Virus record (IMG/VR): IMGVR_UViG_3300008267_000012
Direction: 5' to 3' (one strand)
DNA length: 64,000 nt
From: a virus
Lineage: Duplodnaviria > Caudoviricetes
This document shows, in pieces, positions 37,161 through 47,235 of this stretch (the first letter of the stretch is position 1; every line of letters starts with the position of its first letter). Made by a program: the position numbers and the translations under genes. Under the pieces are notes generated by a model. The model was not told where the DNA came from and searched no databases. It saw only the letters and a program-made list of their open reading frames with translations.

Positions 37161-38030
37161 TTAGGTAAATAATTCATCTAAATCTACTTCATCATTTATA
37201 TTATGGAATCTATTTTTATTATTAAAGTAAGTATTTATGGATTGCATATCAGAACCTGAAAGGTCAAACCATTCACCTCTTATTCTTTTATGTTTAAACA
37301 TAGAATGAAGATTTCTTTCATCAATTATTTTGGCATCAAAAGTTTGTAATAGTTCAATAGTAGGTTTTTCTGATTGTAGAGTTTTTTCTCTTTTAATAGC
37401 ACTAAGCGACCTACCTATTTTATAATAACCTGTATTTTTATCAATCATTACATAAACTTGTGTAAAGGTATTAGCAATTACTTTAGGTTCTTGTTTTTTT
37501 TCTATTTCTATTAGGTGAGATATTTTTATTTTATCGCTATCGGTATAATTTTTACCTACTTTAATATAATTAGAATTTAGCAATTCACCTCTAACGGCTA
37601 ATACTAAAGTATTATCAATGTTTATAATTTTTTTTGGATTAAAAGATATATCAAGTGGTTTAAAATAATAGATTTCATTTTCATCATAGTCATCACCATA
37701 ATTAGAATAAGTATTATAGAAAGCATTTTTAATATCAACTATTTGATATATTTTATCTTTTTTGGGAAAATGTTTTTTTATATTTCTACTATTTTCTTGA
37801 CACCACTTAGTAAACTCTTCTTTTTTATCTTTTAATATTTTATTTAATTCTTGAACTTGTGAATTAAATTTTTCTATTTCATCAATATAATTTATGGTAT
37901 TAAGATTAGTATTATTTTTATTAATACATTTTTTACAAGCAGATGCTAAACCATCATTTCTACTTTTATCATTAGTAAAATCAGTTCTTAGTTTTTCAAC
38001 TTTGCATCTTGGACATACTTTTGTTTTCAT
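37161..38030 (-). CDS. GIY-YIG superfamily (T5orf172-like) protein with N-terminal Zn finger
   Basis: CPRC...CKKC; VYVMID...YYKIGRS...RE..LQ...LHSMFKHKRIRGEWFDL. Confidence 0.8.
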   Translation of the reverse strand: MKTKVCPRCKVEKLRTDFTNDKSRNDGLASACKKCINKNNTNLNTINYIDEIEKFNSQVQELNKILKDKKEEFTKWCQENSRNIKKHFPKKDKIYQIVDIKNAFYNTYSNYGDDYDENEIYYFKPLDISFNPKKIINIDNTLVLAVRGELLNSNYIKVGKNYTDSDKIKISHLIEIEKKQEPKVIANTFTQVYVMIDKNTGYYKIGRSLSAIKREKTLQSEKPTIELLQTFDAKIIDERNLHSMFKHKRIRGEWFDLSGSDMQSINTYFNNKNRFHNINDEVDLDELFT

Positions 38031-38129
38031 AGGTATAAAATTTTATTTATACAAAAATAAAGGAGTAAATTTTAAAAACCAATAGGTGATAAAAAAATGG
38101 TCAAGGATGACTAAGGATGATAAAAGAAA

Positions 38130-38321
38130 TTATTTCTTTTTCTTTTTGCAGCAGGATTTTTTTTCTATTTTATTTATTGTATCATTAGGAACAAGACCTA
38201 CACAATATTTAGGAGAATCATTTAGTTTTAGTTTACAACAAGATTTCTTTTTAATACAAGTTGTGGTAGTATCTTTAGGATTATTTAAAGATAGTAGAGA
38301 TAGTAGTAAAAGAGTTTTCAT
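38130..38321 (-). CDS. Secreted Cys/Lys-rich peptide
   Basis: Signal-like N-terminus; KKSCCK occurs twice. Confidence 0.55.
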   Translation of the reverse strand: MKTLLLLSLLSLNNPKDTTTTCIKKKSCCKLKLNDSPKYCVGLVPNDTINKIEKKSCCKKKKK

Positions 38322-38345
38322 AATATAAGAAATTGAATGTAAATT

Positions 38346-38642
38346 TTAATCTATATTCTTAGGAGGTAGTTTGTAATGCAGAACGAGTAAATCGTGCAAT
38401 TTTCTCAATAGTTTATAAGGAGATTTTTCTAATTTAATTATTTTATTATCATTAACTTCTTTATTATTGACATATTTTCTTGTATAGATATTTTCTGTAT
38501 CAAATCCTTCAACTTGGATATGGTTTTTACATTGATTCCAACAAAGATAAAGAATAGTAGTTCCATCTACTTCAATAGTGGAATTTACTTTGTATGTTGA
38601 AATGATATATCTAATATCATTGACTAAATCTTCTCTTTTCAT
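38346..38642 (-). CDS. Hypothetical protein
   Basis: Intact ORF. Confidence 0.65.
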   Translation of the reverse strand: MKREDLVNDIRYIISTYKVNSTIEVDGTTILYLCWNQCKNHIQVEGFDTENIYTRKYVNNKEVNDNKIIKLEKSPYKLLRKLHDLLVLHYKLPPKNID

Positions 38643-38811
38643 TAATTGCGTTATGTTATATTAAATAGTTAAAATAATATTAAAAACTGCTTAGAAATGA
38701 ATATGATAGTATAATTAAAATAATATTTATTATTATGGGTATAAAAAAACCTATCGGGAAATTAATCACCGATAGGTTCAACAAAACAAAATAAACAAGA
38801 GGTGTTACTTA

Positions 38812-39084
38812 TTATCTTTTTAATTTAATCCATTGGATTATTGTATCAGCATAATAAGCAGTAGTAAGGTCAGTAAGGAAGAAAAACATTTTGTTTTGAG
38901 CATCTGAATCATTTTTTGCTATTGTAATTCTTGTAAATTCTTTGGCATTGCTTTGATTAGAGGTTTTCTTATAACCTTGTGTTGCATCCCATTCTTTACC
39001 GATTATTGCAATTTGATTGGTATTGATTTCAACTGAAATAACACCACCTTGTGCATATTCACCAATTTTCCAAGTCTTTTTCAT
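38812..39084 (-). CDS. Hypothetical protein
   Basis: Last gene of the 38.8-40.5 kb operon; hairpin downstream. Confidence 0.7.
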   Translation of the reverse strand: MKKTWKIGEYAQGGVISVEINTNQIAIIGKEWDATQGYKKTSNQSNAKEFTRITIAKNDSDAQNKMFFFLTDLTTAYYADTIIQWIKLKR

Positions 39085-39096
39085 AATGATTTTATT

Positions 39097-39300
39097 TTAA
39101 GTATTACAAAAGAAATCTTCATCAACAAAAGAATAATCAGCATAATGATTTTTAATTAAGTCCATAGGTATTTCTTCTTCTGAATTAATTTCTTTACCCA
39201 TAACTTCATCTAACGAACCATCATCAAGTGCTTGATAATAATATCTGCTTCTTAATTCTTCTAATTCGTTTTGATTTAATTCATTTACATTTCTATACAT
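39097..39300 (-). CDS. Hypothetical protein
   Basis: Tightly packed operon ORF. Confidence 0.7.
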   Translation of the reverse strand: MYRNVNELNQNELEELRSRYYYQALDDGSLDEVMGKEINSEEEIPMDLIKNHYADYSFVDEDFFCNT

Positions 39301-39301
39301 A

Positions 39302-39511
39302 TCAAATATCGGTTAAATATTCATCGGTTAAACAAATAGGGCAACCCCAATAATTATCATCTTTATTGTATTTATCTTTTACACCACCACCAAAGAATTG
39401 CATATCTAATTCAATACCTTTCAATGAATATTCTTTAGCATTTATTTGTGGGTTATTATCAATTAAGATAGAATCACAATTATTACATTTACAAAGATTA
39501 GCGGTACTCAT
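39302..39511 (-). CDS. Small Zn-finger protein
   Basis: CNNC...CPIC. Confidence 0.7.
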   Translation of the reverse strand: MSTANLCKCNNCDSILIDNNPQINAKEYSLKGIELDMQFFGGGVKDKYNKDDNYWGCPICLTDEYLTDI

Positions 39512-39517
39512 TTTATT

Positions 39518-39733
39518 TTAATCTTCTAAGATAGAATCAAGTAAGACATTTATTTTTTTTCCTTTATAGGAGATACAAGCGGAAGCGAAGTTTCCAAAAC
39601 TTTCATAATAGAGTATGGTTCTTTGAACTTCTTTATTTGATTTAGTTTTGAATGTTCTTTTATCTTTAACACCATTATTAAAGATAACCCATCTACTTCC
39701 CGAATTATTTAAATAATACACACCATTTCTCAT
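39518..39733 (-). CDS. Hypothetical protein
   Basis: Operon ORF. Confidence 0.7.
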   Translation of the reverse strand: MRNGVYYLNNSGSRWVIFNNGVKDKRTFKTKSNKEVQRTILYYESFGNFASACISYKGKKINVLLDSILED

Positions 39734-39737
39734 AGTA

Positions 39738-39941
39738 TTAAATCATTGAAAGTACAACATCAATAAAGGATTGTAAATAGCCAAGATGTTTTAATTCTCT
39801 TATTATATGGTCATCATCAAGTAATTCACAATATGATAATTGATTACCATTAGTATGAAATGTTAGTACATAACCATTATCATTGGCATAGACCATTACT
39901 TTATGTTTGCCATTTTCTATTTGTCCTAAGTAAGTATTCAT
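39738..39941 (-). CDS. Hypothetical protein
   Basis: Operon ORF. Confidence 0.65.
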   Translation of the reverse strand: MNTYLGQIENGKHKVMVYANDNGYVLTFHTNGNQLSYCELLDDDHIIRELKHLGYLQSFIDVVLSMI

Positions 39942-39947
39942 ATTATT

Positions 39948-40157
39948 TTATTTAATTTCTAAATTTGAACAATAATCTTCAATGTATTCCATTGCATCGG
40001 ATATACCCAAAACAGAAAATTCAAAATCTTCATTCTCTATTGCTATACCTTTAGCAAAGTCAATAAAATCATTTTCACCTCCCTGAAAAATAATCTTATC
40101 TTCTATATTGTTGTTACCATCATTACTTACTATTTGATAACCGATTAGTTTATTCAT
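39948..40157 (-). CDS. Hypothetical protein
   Basis: Operon ORF. Confidence 0.65.
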   Translation of the reverse strand: MNKLIGYQIVSNDGNNNIEDKIIFQGGENDFIDFAKGIAIENEDFEFSVLGISDAMEYIEDYCSNLEIK

Positions 40158-40158
40158 T

Positions 40159-40491
40159 TTATTTTAAATAATCAGCGAGAAAACATAGTTGATTAGCGGT
40201 AAGTTCATAAGGAGTAAAGATATAACTATCTCCAAGATAATCACCAAGAGCATAACCATAAAGGTCAAGACTTTCACCTTCTCTATTAATACTTATAATA
40301 GCATAGGTTATTAATTCATTGTATTTATTATTAAATTCAACATTAGGGAGTTCCCAAAGTATATCATCGGATTCTAAATTATCCAATTCTTCTTTTGAGA
40401 TAAGTTCAAGTTTTTCTCCATCTTTTACTTTTGAGAGGATGAACTTACGAGCATCATCTTCAATGGCAATAATTTTTTCTGTAAAATTCAT
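40159..40491 (-). CDS. Hypothetical protein
   Basis: First gene behind the element at 40516. Confidence 0.7.
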   Translation of the reverse strand: MNFTEKIIAIEDDARKFILSKVKDGEKLELISKEELDNLESDDILWELPNVEFNNKYNELITYAIISINREGESLDLYGYALGDYLGDSYIFTPYELTANQLCFLADYLK

Positions 40492-40581
40492 AATTTTGTT
40501 TTTTAAGTTTTGTTACACTATAATATATGATTTCGGTTGCGAAATCTTACAAAAAAAAGGGAAATTTCTTTCCATTTAATT

Positions 40582-40854
40582 TTATACAAATAAAGTAAGT
40601 TCCATTAAATCACCTACATTACCTTCAATTTGCATACAGATTTCTGCTTCTTCAATGGTATTGTTTTTGTATTTGAAAGCGGAATCGGATAAATCTACTT
40701 TGATAAAATTATCAAAGCGGTCATCAAATGAATTGTAAAGAAACAAATCACCATTGCGAGTATAGAAACCAACTACTTTGATTTCTTCTTCTTGTTTTAC
40801 TTCTTCTTGTTTGGGATTAAAATAATCACCAAGTTTTTTGAATATATCAATCAT
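40582..40854 (-). CDS. Hypothetical protein
   Basis: Operon ORF. Confidence 0.65.
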   Translation of the reverse strand: MIDIFKKLGDYFNPKQEEVKQEEEIKVVGFYTRNGDLFLYNSFDDRFDNFIKVDLSDSAFKYKNNTIEEAEICMQIEGNVGDLMELTLFV

Positions 40855-40855
40855 A

Positions 40856-41065
40856 TTAATTAATTTGTTTTATTGTATCAAGGTAAATGATTTCATAGTT
40901 AATGCAGATATATTCTCTGCTTTCGTTTTCCCAATCGGTAAAGACTTCGCATAAACCCATTGGTTTATCATCAAGAAATACACCAATCATACTACCATTA
41001 TCTTCATAGGATAATTGGTCATAGGATTTGAAATCTAATTGTAAATCATCTGAATATTTTTTCAT
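40856..41065 (-). CDS. Hypothetical protein
   Basis: Operon ORF. Confidence 0.65.
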   Translation of the reverse strand: MKKYSDDLQLDFKSYDQLSYEDNGSMIGVFLDDKPMGLCEVFTDWENESREYICINYEIIYLDTIKQIN

Positions 41066-41071
41066 TTTAAT

Positions 41072-41587
41072 TTAAAATTTCTTTTTGTATGAATTATGTT
41101 CCAAAATGTAAATAATATCTTTTAAGGTATCAAGTAACCTTTCCTTGTTATCAAGTTTAGGTAAATTGAGATTGATATGCAAATCAGAACGAAAAATAGG
41201 TATATTAAAGGTTACCCATCCGTGTCTATGAGTAGAATCTAAAAAACCTTTATCAGCATTTGCACCAATATCTTTATACTTTTCATATAATTTTCCTAAT
41301 GGTTTGATATGGTCATTACCCGAAGATACTGAATAATAACCCAAACACTTTGCATTGAATTTAATACCATCTTTATTGGCAGTAAAAGTATATGAACCAT
41401 AATTATTATTATTTGCACTTGTTTTAATTCTAATTGTGGTAGAATCGGTATTATCTTCAATACAGAAATTTGTATAAAATACTTTTTCCAAATCTTTGAT
41501 TAAAGATAGTGCAAAGTTTTTGTTCTCTTTTGTTTCTTCAATGGCATTAACCTTGTCAACATCCATTGCTTCTAAGAATAAATTCAT
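41072..41587 (-). CDS. Hypothetical protein
   Basis: Behind the element at 41609. Confidence 0.7.
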   Translation of the reverse strand: MNLFLEAMDVDKVNAIEETKENKNFALSLIKDLEKVFYTNFCIEDNTDSTTIRIKTSANNNNYGSYTFTANKDGIKFNAKCLGYYSVSSGNDHIKPLGKLYEKYKDIGANADKGFLDSTHRHGWVTFNIPIFRSDLHINLNLPKLDNKERLLDTLKDIIYILEHNSYKKKF

Positions 41588-41668
41588 TTTGTTTTTTAAG
41601 TTTTGTTACAATATACTATATGAACTCAAGGTTCAAATCTTACAAAAAAAAGGGAAATTTCTTTCCCT

Positions 41669-41908
41669 TTAATTTAAAATTCCGTGAGGGTCAGCAACCA
41701 AATCATCATAATCAGTTACAGATAATGGACAATTAAGTTTTTCTTCCATTTCAAAGAAATCCCAATCTTCATCTTCTGAATTATTCAAGTAGTTATACTT
41801 ATTAATTGAATAATGCGGAAGAAGAATAACAACTTCATCTTTAGGACAATTTTTGATTTGATTTAATACTTCATCAGTATCAAACATTTCCATTAATTTA
41901 TTTGTCAT
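41669..41908 (-). CDS. Hypothetical protein
   Basis: Operon ORF. Confidence 0.65.
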   Translation of the reverse strand: MTNKLMEMFDTDEVLNQIKNCPKDEVVILLPHYSINKYNYLNNSEDEDWDFFEMEEKLNCPLSVTDYDDLVADPHGILN

Positions 41909-41910
41909 TG

Positions 41911-42114
41911 TTATTTTAATTTAATGATATTACAATAAGATTCTAATTCATCCAAAGGTATTCTTCCATAATGTGTTGAAGAATAATAACCTTGTCTTTC
42001 ATATCTTTTCTTCCATTGAGTAAAAGCATCATAGGCTTCTTCAAATGTTTTATAGATTTCATCATAAGTGATTGAAAATCCATCGGGAGAAATAACATCA
42101 AATTTATTTTTCAT
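41911..42114 (-). CDS. Hypothetical protein
   Basis: VISPDGFSI...WKKRYERQGYYSS. Confidence 0.7.
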   Translation of the reverse strand: MKNKFDVISPDGFSITYDEIYKTFEEAYDAFTQWKKRYERQGYYSSTHYGRIPLDELESYCNIIKLK

Positions 42115-42126
42115 TTTTATTTTAAT

Positions 42127-42372
42127 TTAAATATAACTCCAAAATATTGATATTGTATAAGAACCATTTGTATAATAACCATCTTCAATGGCATCATCTA
42201 ATTCATCTTCGTCAGCACCATTCTCAATGGCTTTTTGTTTAAAAAGATTTTCGGCTTGTTGCACAACATCTTCTGATAGTTGTTCTTCATACACACCAAA
42301 ACTTTCAATTCCAATAACACCACCACAAATAGTGGTATCTGCTGAACTTTCAATAATATTGATTACTCTCAT
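42127..42372 (-). CDS. Hypothetical protein
   Basis: Operon ORF. Confidence 0.65.
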   Translation of the reverse strand: MRVINIIESSADTTICGGVIGIESFGVYEEQLSEDVVQQAENLFKQKAIENGADEDELDDAIEDGYYTNGSYTISIFWSYI

Positions 42373-42378
42373 TTTATT

Positions 42379-42573
42379 TTATTTATTTTCTTCAAGGTAT
42401 TCTTCAATCAATTCTTTAATATCAAAGATACACAAATCTACTTGATGACTTACTGAATCACCATCTTCAATTTCTTGTAAACAGAGTTCGTATAATCCAA
42501 CCATTTTACTTTTAAGGTCGGGATATAACTCAATTTGTTCTTTGATGAAAGTTCTAAGGTATTGTAAATTCAT
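42379..42573 (-). CDS. Hypothetical protein
   Basis: Operon ORF. Confidence 0.65.
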   Translation of the reverse strand: MNLQYLRTFIKEQIELYPDLKSKMVGLYELCLQEIEDGDSVSHQVDLCIFDIKELIEEYLEENK

Positions 42574-42574
42574 T

Positions 42575-42730
42575 TTATTTTTGTTTTAGTTCTTGTTCAA
42601 TAATTTCAATAATAGAAATCATATCATTGAATGATTCTCTACCTTCTTCGGTAGAACAATCCCAAGAACCATCCAAACCTTCCTCACAACTCATTTTGAG
42701 GATATTTAACAAATCAAATACTTTTTTCAT
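42575..42730 (-). CDS. Small hypothetical protein (51 aa)
   Basis: Manual ORF MKKVFDLLNILKMSCEEG... behind the element at 42751. Confidence 0.65.
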   Translation of the reverse strand: MKKVFDLLNILKMSCEEGLDGSWDCSTEEGRESFNDMISIIEIIEQELKQK

Positions 42731-42866
42731 TTTCTTTTTAAGTTTTGTTACACTATATTATATGATTTCACCTTTGAAATCTTACAAAAAAAAGATAAAA
42801 AAAATCCCTCCGAATTTCAGAGGGAATTTTCAATAGTTTAAACACAATTAACCCAAATATAGATTT

Positions 42867-43361
42867 TTATGAGTGCATATCCACGAAAACCACCCAAACT
42901 TTATTATAAGAATCATCAGAATACATCATATTAGTTACGCCACATTCATCATATTTGTAACAATACAATACATCATCCAATACATTAAATGATTTATCTT
43001 TAAAAGGTGAAACTTGTGATAAGTGTTCAGCATACTTTGATAAACTCCAAAGTTCGTGCGGATTCCATTCATCTAAATTAAATTCATTTTTATTTAATTT
43101 CTCTTTGGCAACAGAACCATAAAAACAATCCTTCATCCAACCATTAACACACTCATTGATTAGTTCAATGGTAGTTAAATCACTTTCATTAGGTCTGTAT
43201 CTTCCATCCCCTGCATCAAAGACTTCATCATCTTGACTGACTGCACCACACATAGTGCGCCAATTATTTTCGTTACCAAAACTCATAAGTTCTGATTCTA
43301 CTTGTTCACAAGCATCTTGACCCGAAGATGCTTTAATTACTACAAAATGTAAGTTGTGCAT
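42867..43361 (-). CDS. Conserved phage hypothetical protein
   Basis: MHNLHFVV...WVVFVDMHS; behind the element at 43385. Confidence 0.75.
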   Translation of the reverse strand: MHNLHFVVIKASSGQDACEQVESELMSFGNENNWRTMCGAVSQDDEVFDAGDGRYRPNESDLTTIELINECVNGWMKDCFYGSVAKEKLNKNEFNLDEWNPHELWSLSKYAEHLSQVSPFKDKSFNVLDDVLYCYKYDECGVTNMMYSDDSYNKVWVVFVDMHS

Positions 43362-43450
43362 AATTTTTTGTTTTAATTTTGTTACACTATAATATATGAT
43401 TTCGGTTGCGAAATCTTACAAAAAAAGGGAGAAAATTTCTCCCTTTAATT

Positions 43451-43747
43451 TTAATCACCATAATAACATAATGTGTACTCTCTTATACCATTCCAAGTTT
43501 CGGAAATAGTTGCTTTGTTTCCGCTTGAACTATAAGTTTTCCAACCAAACCTATGATTACCAACAAAGAGAATACTTTCAATCATTTGTCTTATTTCACT
43601 TCCGTGTTGATTTGGAACTCTAATGAATGTTTTTCTATTACCTTGTTTAAGACTATGCTCAATCTCATTCATAGTATTATCAAAGATTCTCTGAATTTCT
43701 TCCTTCTCTGCTTGAGCATTAAATACAAATCTGTTTTCCATTTTCAA
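43451..43747 (-). CDS. Hypothetical protein
   Basis: Operon ORF. Confidence 0.65.
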   Translation of the reverse strand: MKMENRFVFNAQAEKEEIQRIFDNTMNEIEHSLKQGNRKTFIRVPNQHGSEIRQMIESILFVGNHRFGWKTYSSSGNKATISETWNGIREYTLCYYGD

Positions 43748-43984
43748 TTAATTTTCTAAATCAACAAATATATTTAAATCATTTCCAATTCTACTTTTAA
43801 GAATTTCTAATTCTTCTGTATATTCAGTATCATACAAATCATCTAAAACTCTTTGAGTAGTTACCATTGTTCTATGAGAATCACCCCAAGTAACTCTACC
43901 TGACATTGCTAATTCACCAAACAAATCATCAATACCTTGAAATAGGTCAGATGCTAATATAAATTCACAAGTAAACTTTTCCAT
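43748..43984 (-). CDS. Hypothetical protein
   Basis: Operon ORF. Confidence 0.65.
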   Translation of the reverse strand: MEKFTCEFILASDLFQGIDDLFGELAMSGRVTWGDSHRTMVTTQRVLDDLYDTEYTEELEILKSRIGNDLNIFVDLEN

Positions 43985-43985
43985 T

Positions 43986-44378
43986 TTATTTAATTTTAGA
44001 GATTAATAATTCACTTACAATAATATCTTGAATTTCAAATTCAGTTTGGTCATCAGTATCAATGCAGTTCTTTACATAACCTTCTTGTACTAATTTATCT
44101 ACAATACGAATTGCAATATCTTTGCAATCATCAAGAAACATTTGTGCTTCTTCTTCAGTAGCGAAATACTTCCTATTGGGTTTATGTAATTTAACTGATT
44201 CATCATCCCAACAAGACCATACAACTTCATCATTATCAATGGTGTAGTAATCATCACCTTCATTAATCCACATACCTTTTCTTCCATAGAAAGATGGTAT
44301 AAAGCCTTGCATTTCTTTTTCTTCTTTACTCATAGCATAAAGATTTCTTTCTTCTTGATTATCTAAATTGTAAATCAT
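43986..44378 (-). CDS. Hypothetical protein
   Basis: Operon ORF. Confidence 0.7.
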   Translation of the reverse strand: MIYNLDNQEERNLYAMSKEEKEMQGFIPSFYGRKGMWINEGDDYYTIDNDEVVWSCWDDESVKLHKPNRKYFATEEEAQMFLDDCKDIAIRIVDKLVQEGYVKNCIDTDDQTEFEIQDIIVSELLISKIK

Positions 44379-44394
44379 TTTATTTTATTTTAAT

Positions 44395-44610
44395 TTAAGA
44401 ACCACTACTCATTATCAATGTATTCATCCTTTGGGAAGTCTTCTCCAAATAAATTTGGTGCGCTTCTTCTGTATGGTCTTTACAACCACAAACCCATCTA
44501 CTATTAATTGCATCAGCAAATGGTGGTGTATAGACATTATACTTCTCAATTTCTTCTGACTTGCAAACCACACAAGTTTGAACATCTCCGTAATAATTTG
44601 TTACTCTCAT
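44395..44610 (-). CDS. Small Zn-binding-like protein
   Basis: CVVC...CGCKDH; behind the element at 44629. Confidence 0.65.
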   Translation of the reverse strand: MRVTNYYGDVQTCVVCKSEEIEKYNVYTPPFADAINSRWVCGCKDHTEEAHQIYLEKTSQRMNTLIMSSGS

Positions 44611-44700
44611 TGTTTTTAAGTTTTGTTACAATATACTATATGATTTCACCTTTGAAATCTTACAAAAAAAGGGAAACATTTCTGAATCCCTTTTTTTATT

Positions 44701-45234
44701 TTAGTAATCCAACATTTTTTCTAATTCAATTCTCCTTGTATGGTCTTTAACATCCCTATCAATGATATGTACTTTAATTACATCAGCACCAACTTCAAAG
44801 ACTTGTGCAACTGATTCCAAAGGATATACAAACTTTTTTGATTCACAATGCCCTTTCCAATTTTTGTGAACAATTATTTTACCACTAAAATCATAGGTAA
44901 GTTTTTCTCCTTCTCTTGGACAAAAGAAAATAATTTTAATGTATCCTCTTCCGTGTCCAAATTCAAAGGTCATTGACAAACCATTTGATTCTCTGCTAAG
45001 ATACCAATCTCCAATGTGAAGATTAATTGATTTGAATGTTGGTAATTCAAGTTCATCAATTATTACATCATTGATTTTGTAAATGTAATCCTTAATCAAT
45101 TCCACAAACTTTTGTGCAACTTGATTATTATGTTCTTGAATTTCTTTAGCAGTTTGATTTGCCTTGTTTGTTAAGTCTTTCAAATCAAAGACTGATAAAT
45201 CAATATTTCCGTTAATTGCTTTTAATGTAAACAT
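44701..45234 (-). CDS. Hypothetical protein
   Basis: Behind the element at 45255. Confidence 0.7.
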   Translation of the reverse strand: MFTLKAINGNIDLSVFDLKDLTNKANQTAKEIQEHNNQVAQKFVELIKDYIYKINDVIIDELELPTFKSINLHIGDWYLSRESNGLSMTFEFGHGRGYIKIIFFCPREGEKLTYDFSGKIIVHKNWKGHCESKKFVYPLESVAQVFEVGADVIKVHIIDRDVKDHTRRIELEKMLDY

Positions 45235-45357
45235 TTTGTTTTTAAGTTTTGTTACAATATACTATATGATTTCACCTTTGAAATCTTACAAAAAAAGATA
45301 AAAAAAATCCCCCCAAAATTTGAGAGGACTTTTAAAATAAAAGTTCACAACTAAACA

Positions 45358-45552
45358 CTATTCTTCGGGTTCATCAATCATTTTGATTGAGTAACCATAT
45401 TCTTCCATATAATCTTTTTCAATATCATTGATTAGACTTTCAATGAACTGATAAGGAGAACTATAATTAAAACGATAATTAGGATATTTTTCCTTTAGTT
45501 TATCAATATCTACTAATACTTCAATATTGAAATTGAATTTAAGATTTGCCAT
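45358..45552 (-). CDS. Hypothetical protein
   Basis: Operon ORF. Confidence 0.65.
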   Translation of the reverse strand: MANLKFNFNIEVLVDIDKLKEKYPNYRFNYSSPYQFIESLINDIEKDYMEEYGYSIKMIDEPEE

Positions 45553-45556
45553 ACTT

Positions 45557-46312
45557 TTAATCTTGTTTTTCTTTTTGTTTTATTTTATTTATTTCAGAAG
45601 CAAATTCATAATCTTCGTTTTCTACTGCCAATCTAAGAAATTCATTTAGAACAACAAGTGGCATTTCTTCATCAACCACTTTATCTCTTTCATAAGCAAT
45701 TTCAATTAATGTTTTATGGAAATTAGATAGTTCTTCATCTTCATTAACTTCAAAGAACATATCATAAGTATAATAATCATTATCACCTTGTATTTCCAAA
45801 GCAAGTACATATGCTTCTTTTGAACCACCATCGGGAAAATCACAATCAACTACTTCACCTTTAAGTAATTTATATTTACCTACATTATATCCAAAATCTT
45901 CATCTGCAAACATTATTTCAAATGTTGCATCACCAAACATTTCAGATAACTTTTCAAAGATTGAAAAAGGTGATGCCCAAGCGGTATTGAACTCAATCAT
46001 ATCATCTGAAATGAATATATCAGAACAATTCCATTTAGTACCCCAATTACGAGTTGACCAATCATACCAATTATCAGAACCAAACTTTTCAATTAGTTCT
46101 TTTGACATTGATTCAGTAATACCTTTATCAGAATTAATTTTATATTCTGTATCAGATATAATCCTTGTAGGTGCAGTTGTACCTATTAGTTCTTCGGGCA
46201 TAGGAATAATTTTATTAAAATCAAATTCAGTATTATCTGATTTGACCAATGAAACAATTTTCTTGATTGTTTCCGCATCCGTGTAAAGTTTGTTTGTAAT
46301 CCAATTAGGCAT
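45557..46312 (-). CDS. DUF1281/YubB-like ferredoxin-fold protein with UVR-like C-terminus
   Basis: MPNW..N...FDFNKIIPMP...WYDW..RNWGTKWN...FNTAWASP...FADED; tail AVENEDYEFASEI. Confidence 0.75.
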   Translation of the reverse strand: MPNWITNKLYTDAETIKKIVSLVKSDNTEFDFNKIIPMPEELIGTTAPTRIISDTEYKINSDKGITESMSKELIEKFGSDNWYDWSTRNWGTKWNCSDIFISDDMIEFNTAWASPFSIFEKLSEMFGDATFEIMFADEDFGYNVGKYKLLKGEVVDCDFPDGGSKEAYVLALEIQGDNDYYTYDMFFEVNEDEELSNFHKTLIEIAYERDKVVDEEMPLVVLNEFLRLAVENEDYEFASEINKIKQKEKQD

Positions 46313-46448
46313 AATTTTTTTGTTTTAATTTTGTTACACTATAATATATGAACTCAAGGTTCAAATCTTACAAAAAAAGATAAAAAAAATCCCCCCAAAT
46401 TTTGGGAGGACTTTCCAAAAAAATAAAAATATGACTAACAACGAACTT

Positions 46449-46697
46449 TTAATATAGTGTTGGAAAAGCAATATCTTCTCCACTTGTAGTTCTTCCAAAT
46501 AGTGTTCCACCATCATTACCTTCATCATCCATAGATGGAAATATGAATGAACCATCATTAAAGAATATAGCAAGAGGTCTTGAAGACCAACCCATATTAT
46601 CTGCTTCAACTTTGGACATATATCTTACTGCTTTAATTGTTTTACCAATAAGATTTGCTTTGGCAAAATCATTCCAATGTTTTTCTGTACTACCCAT
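46449..46697 (-). CDS. Conserved phage hypothetical protein
   Basis: LIGKTIKAVRYMS...PSMDDEGNDGG. Confidence 0.75.
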   Translation of the reverse strand: MGSTEKHWNDFAKANLIGKTIKAVRYMSKVEADNMGWSSRPLAIFFNDGSFIFPSMDDEGNDGGTLFGRTTSGEDIAFPTLY

Positions 46698-46908
46698 AAA
46701 TCAAATTTAAATTAAAATCAAGATACATTATCTTTTCTGAATTTGTTTCCCAAGAACTACCTTTATCACATTCATCTAAGAAATCTTTTAATATGATTTC
46801 ATTATCATCAGTATCATTTAAATCCCAATACTTTCTGATATGAGATTCAGTAGTAGTGAAAGGTTCTGCCCTTCCTGACTTGTCTTTAATTAAGAAAATC
46901 TTTTCCAT
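46690..46908 (-). CDS. Hypothetical protein
   Basis: Operon ORF. Confidence 0.65.
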   Translation of the reverse strand: MEKIFLIKDKSGRAEPFTTTESHIRKYWDLNDTDDNEIILKDFLDECDKGSSWETNSEKIMYLDFNLNLIYG

Positions 46909-46920
46909 TTTATTTTAATT

Positions 46921-47235
46921 TTAATCTTCTACAACTACAAATTTACTTTCCCAACCTTTTTCAGTAATGATATAACCAAAACGATTGACAACACAATGAC
47001 CTGCAACAATTACAAAATCATCATCATTTTCTATGATTGTCCAAATATGATTATTTCTATTTGCATAGATTTGTCTAAGAACATAATCATATTCTTCACC
47101 ATAGGTTTCAAACATACAACCTGACCAAGAGGTTATATCTTCATCCTTAATATCTGAATTTGTTTTTGCCCTCACAATATGATTGATTTGAGGTTTGTAT
47201 TCAGAATAGAAATCTTCTAAACTCATTGTTTCCAT
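46921..47235 (-). CDS. Conserved phage hypothetical protein
   Basis: MFETYGEE...IWT...VNRFGYIITE; start after the element at 47251. Confidence 0.75.
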   Translation of the reverse strand: METMSLEDFYSEYKPQINHIVRAKTNSDIKDEDITSWSGCMFETYGEEYDYVLRQIYANRNNHIWTIIENDDDFVIVAGHCVVNRFGYIITEKGWESKFVVVED

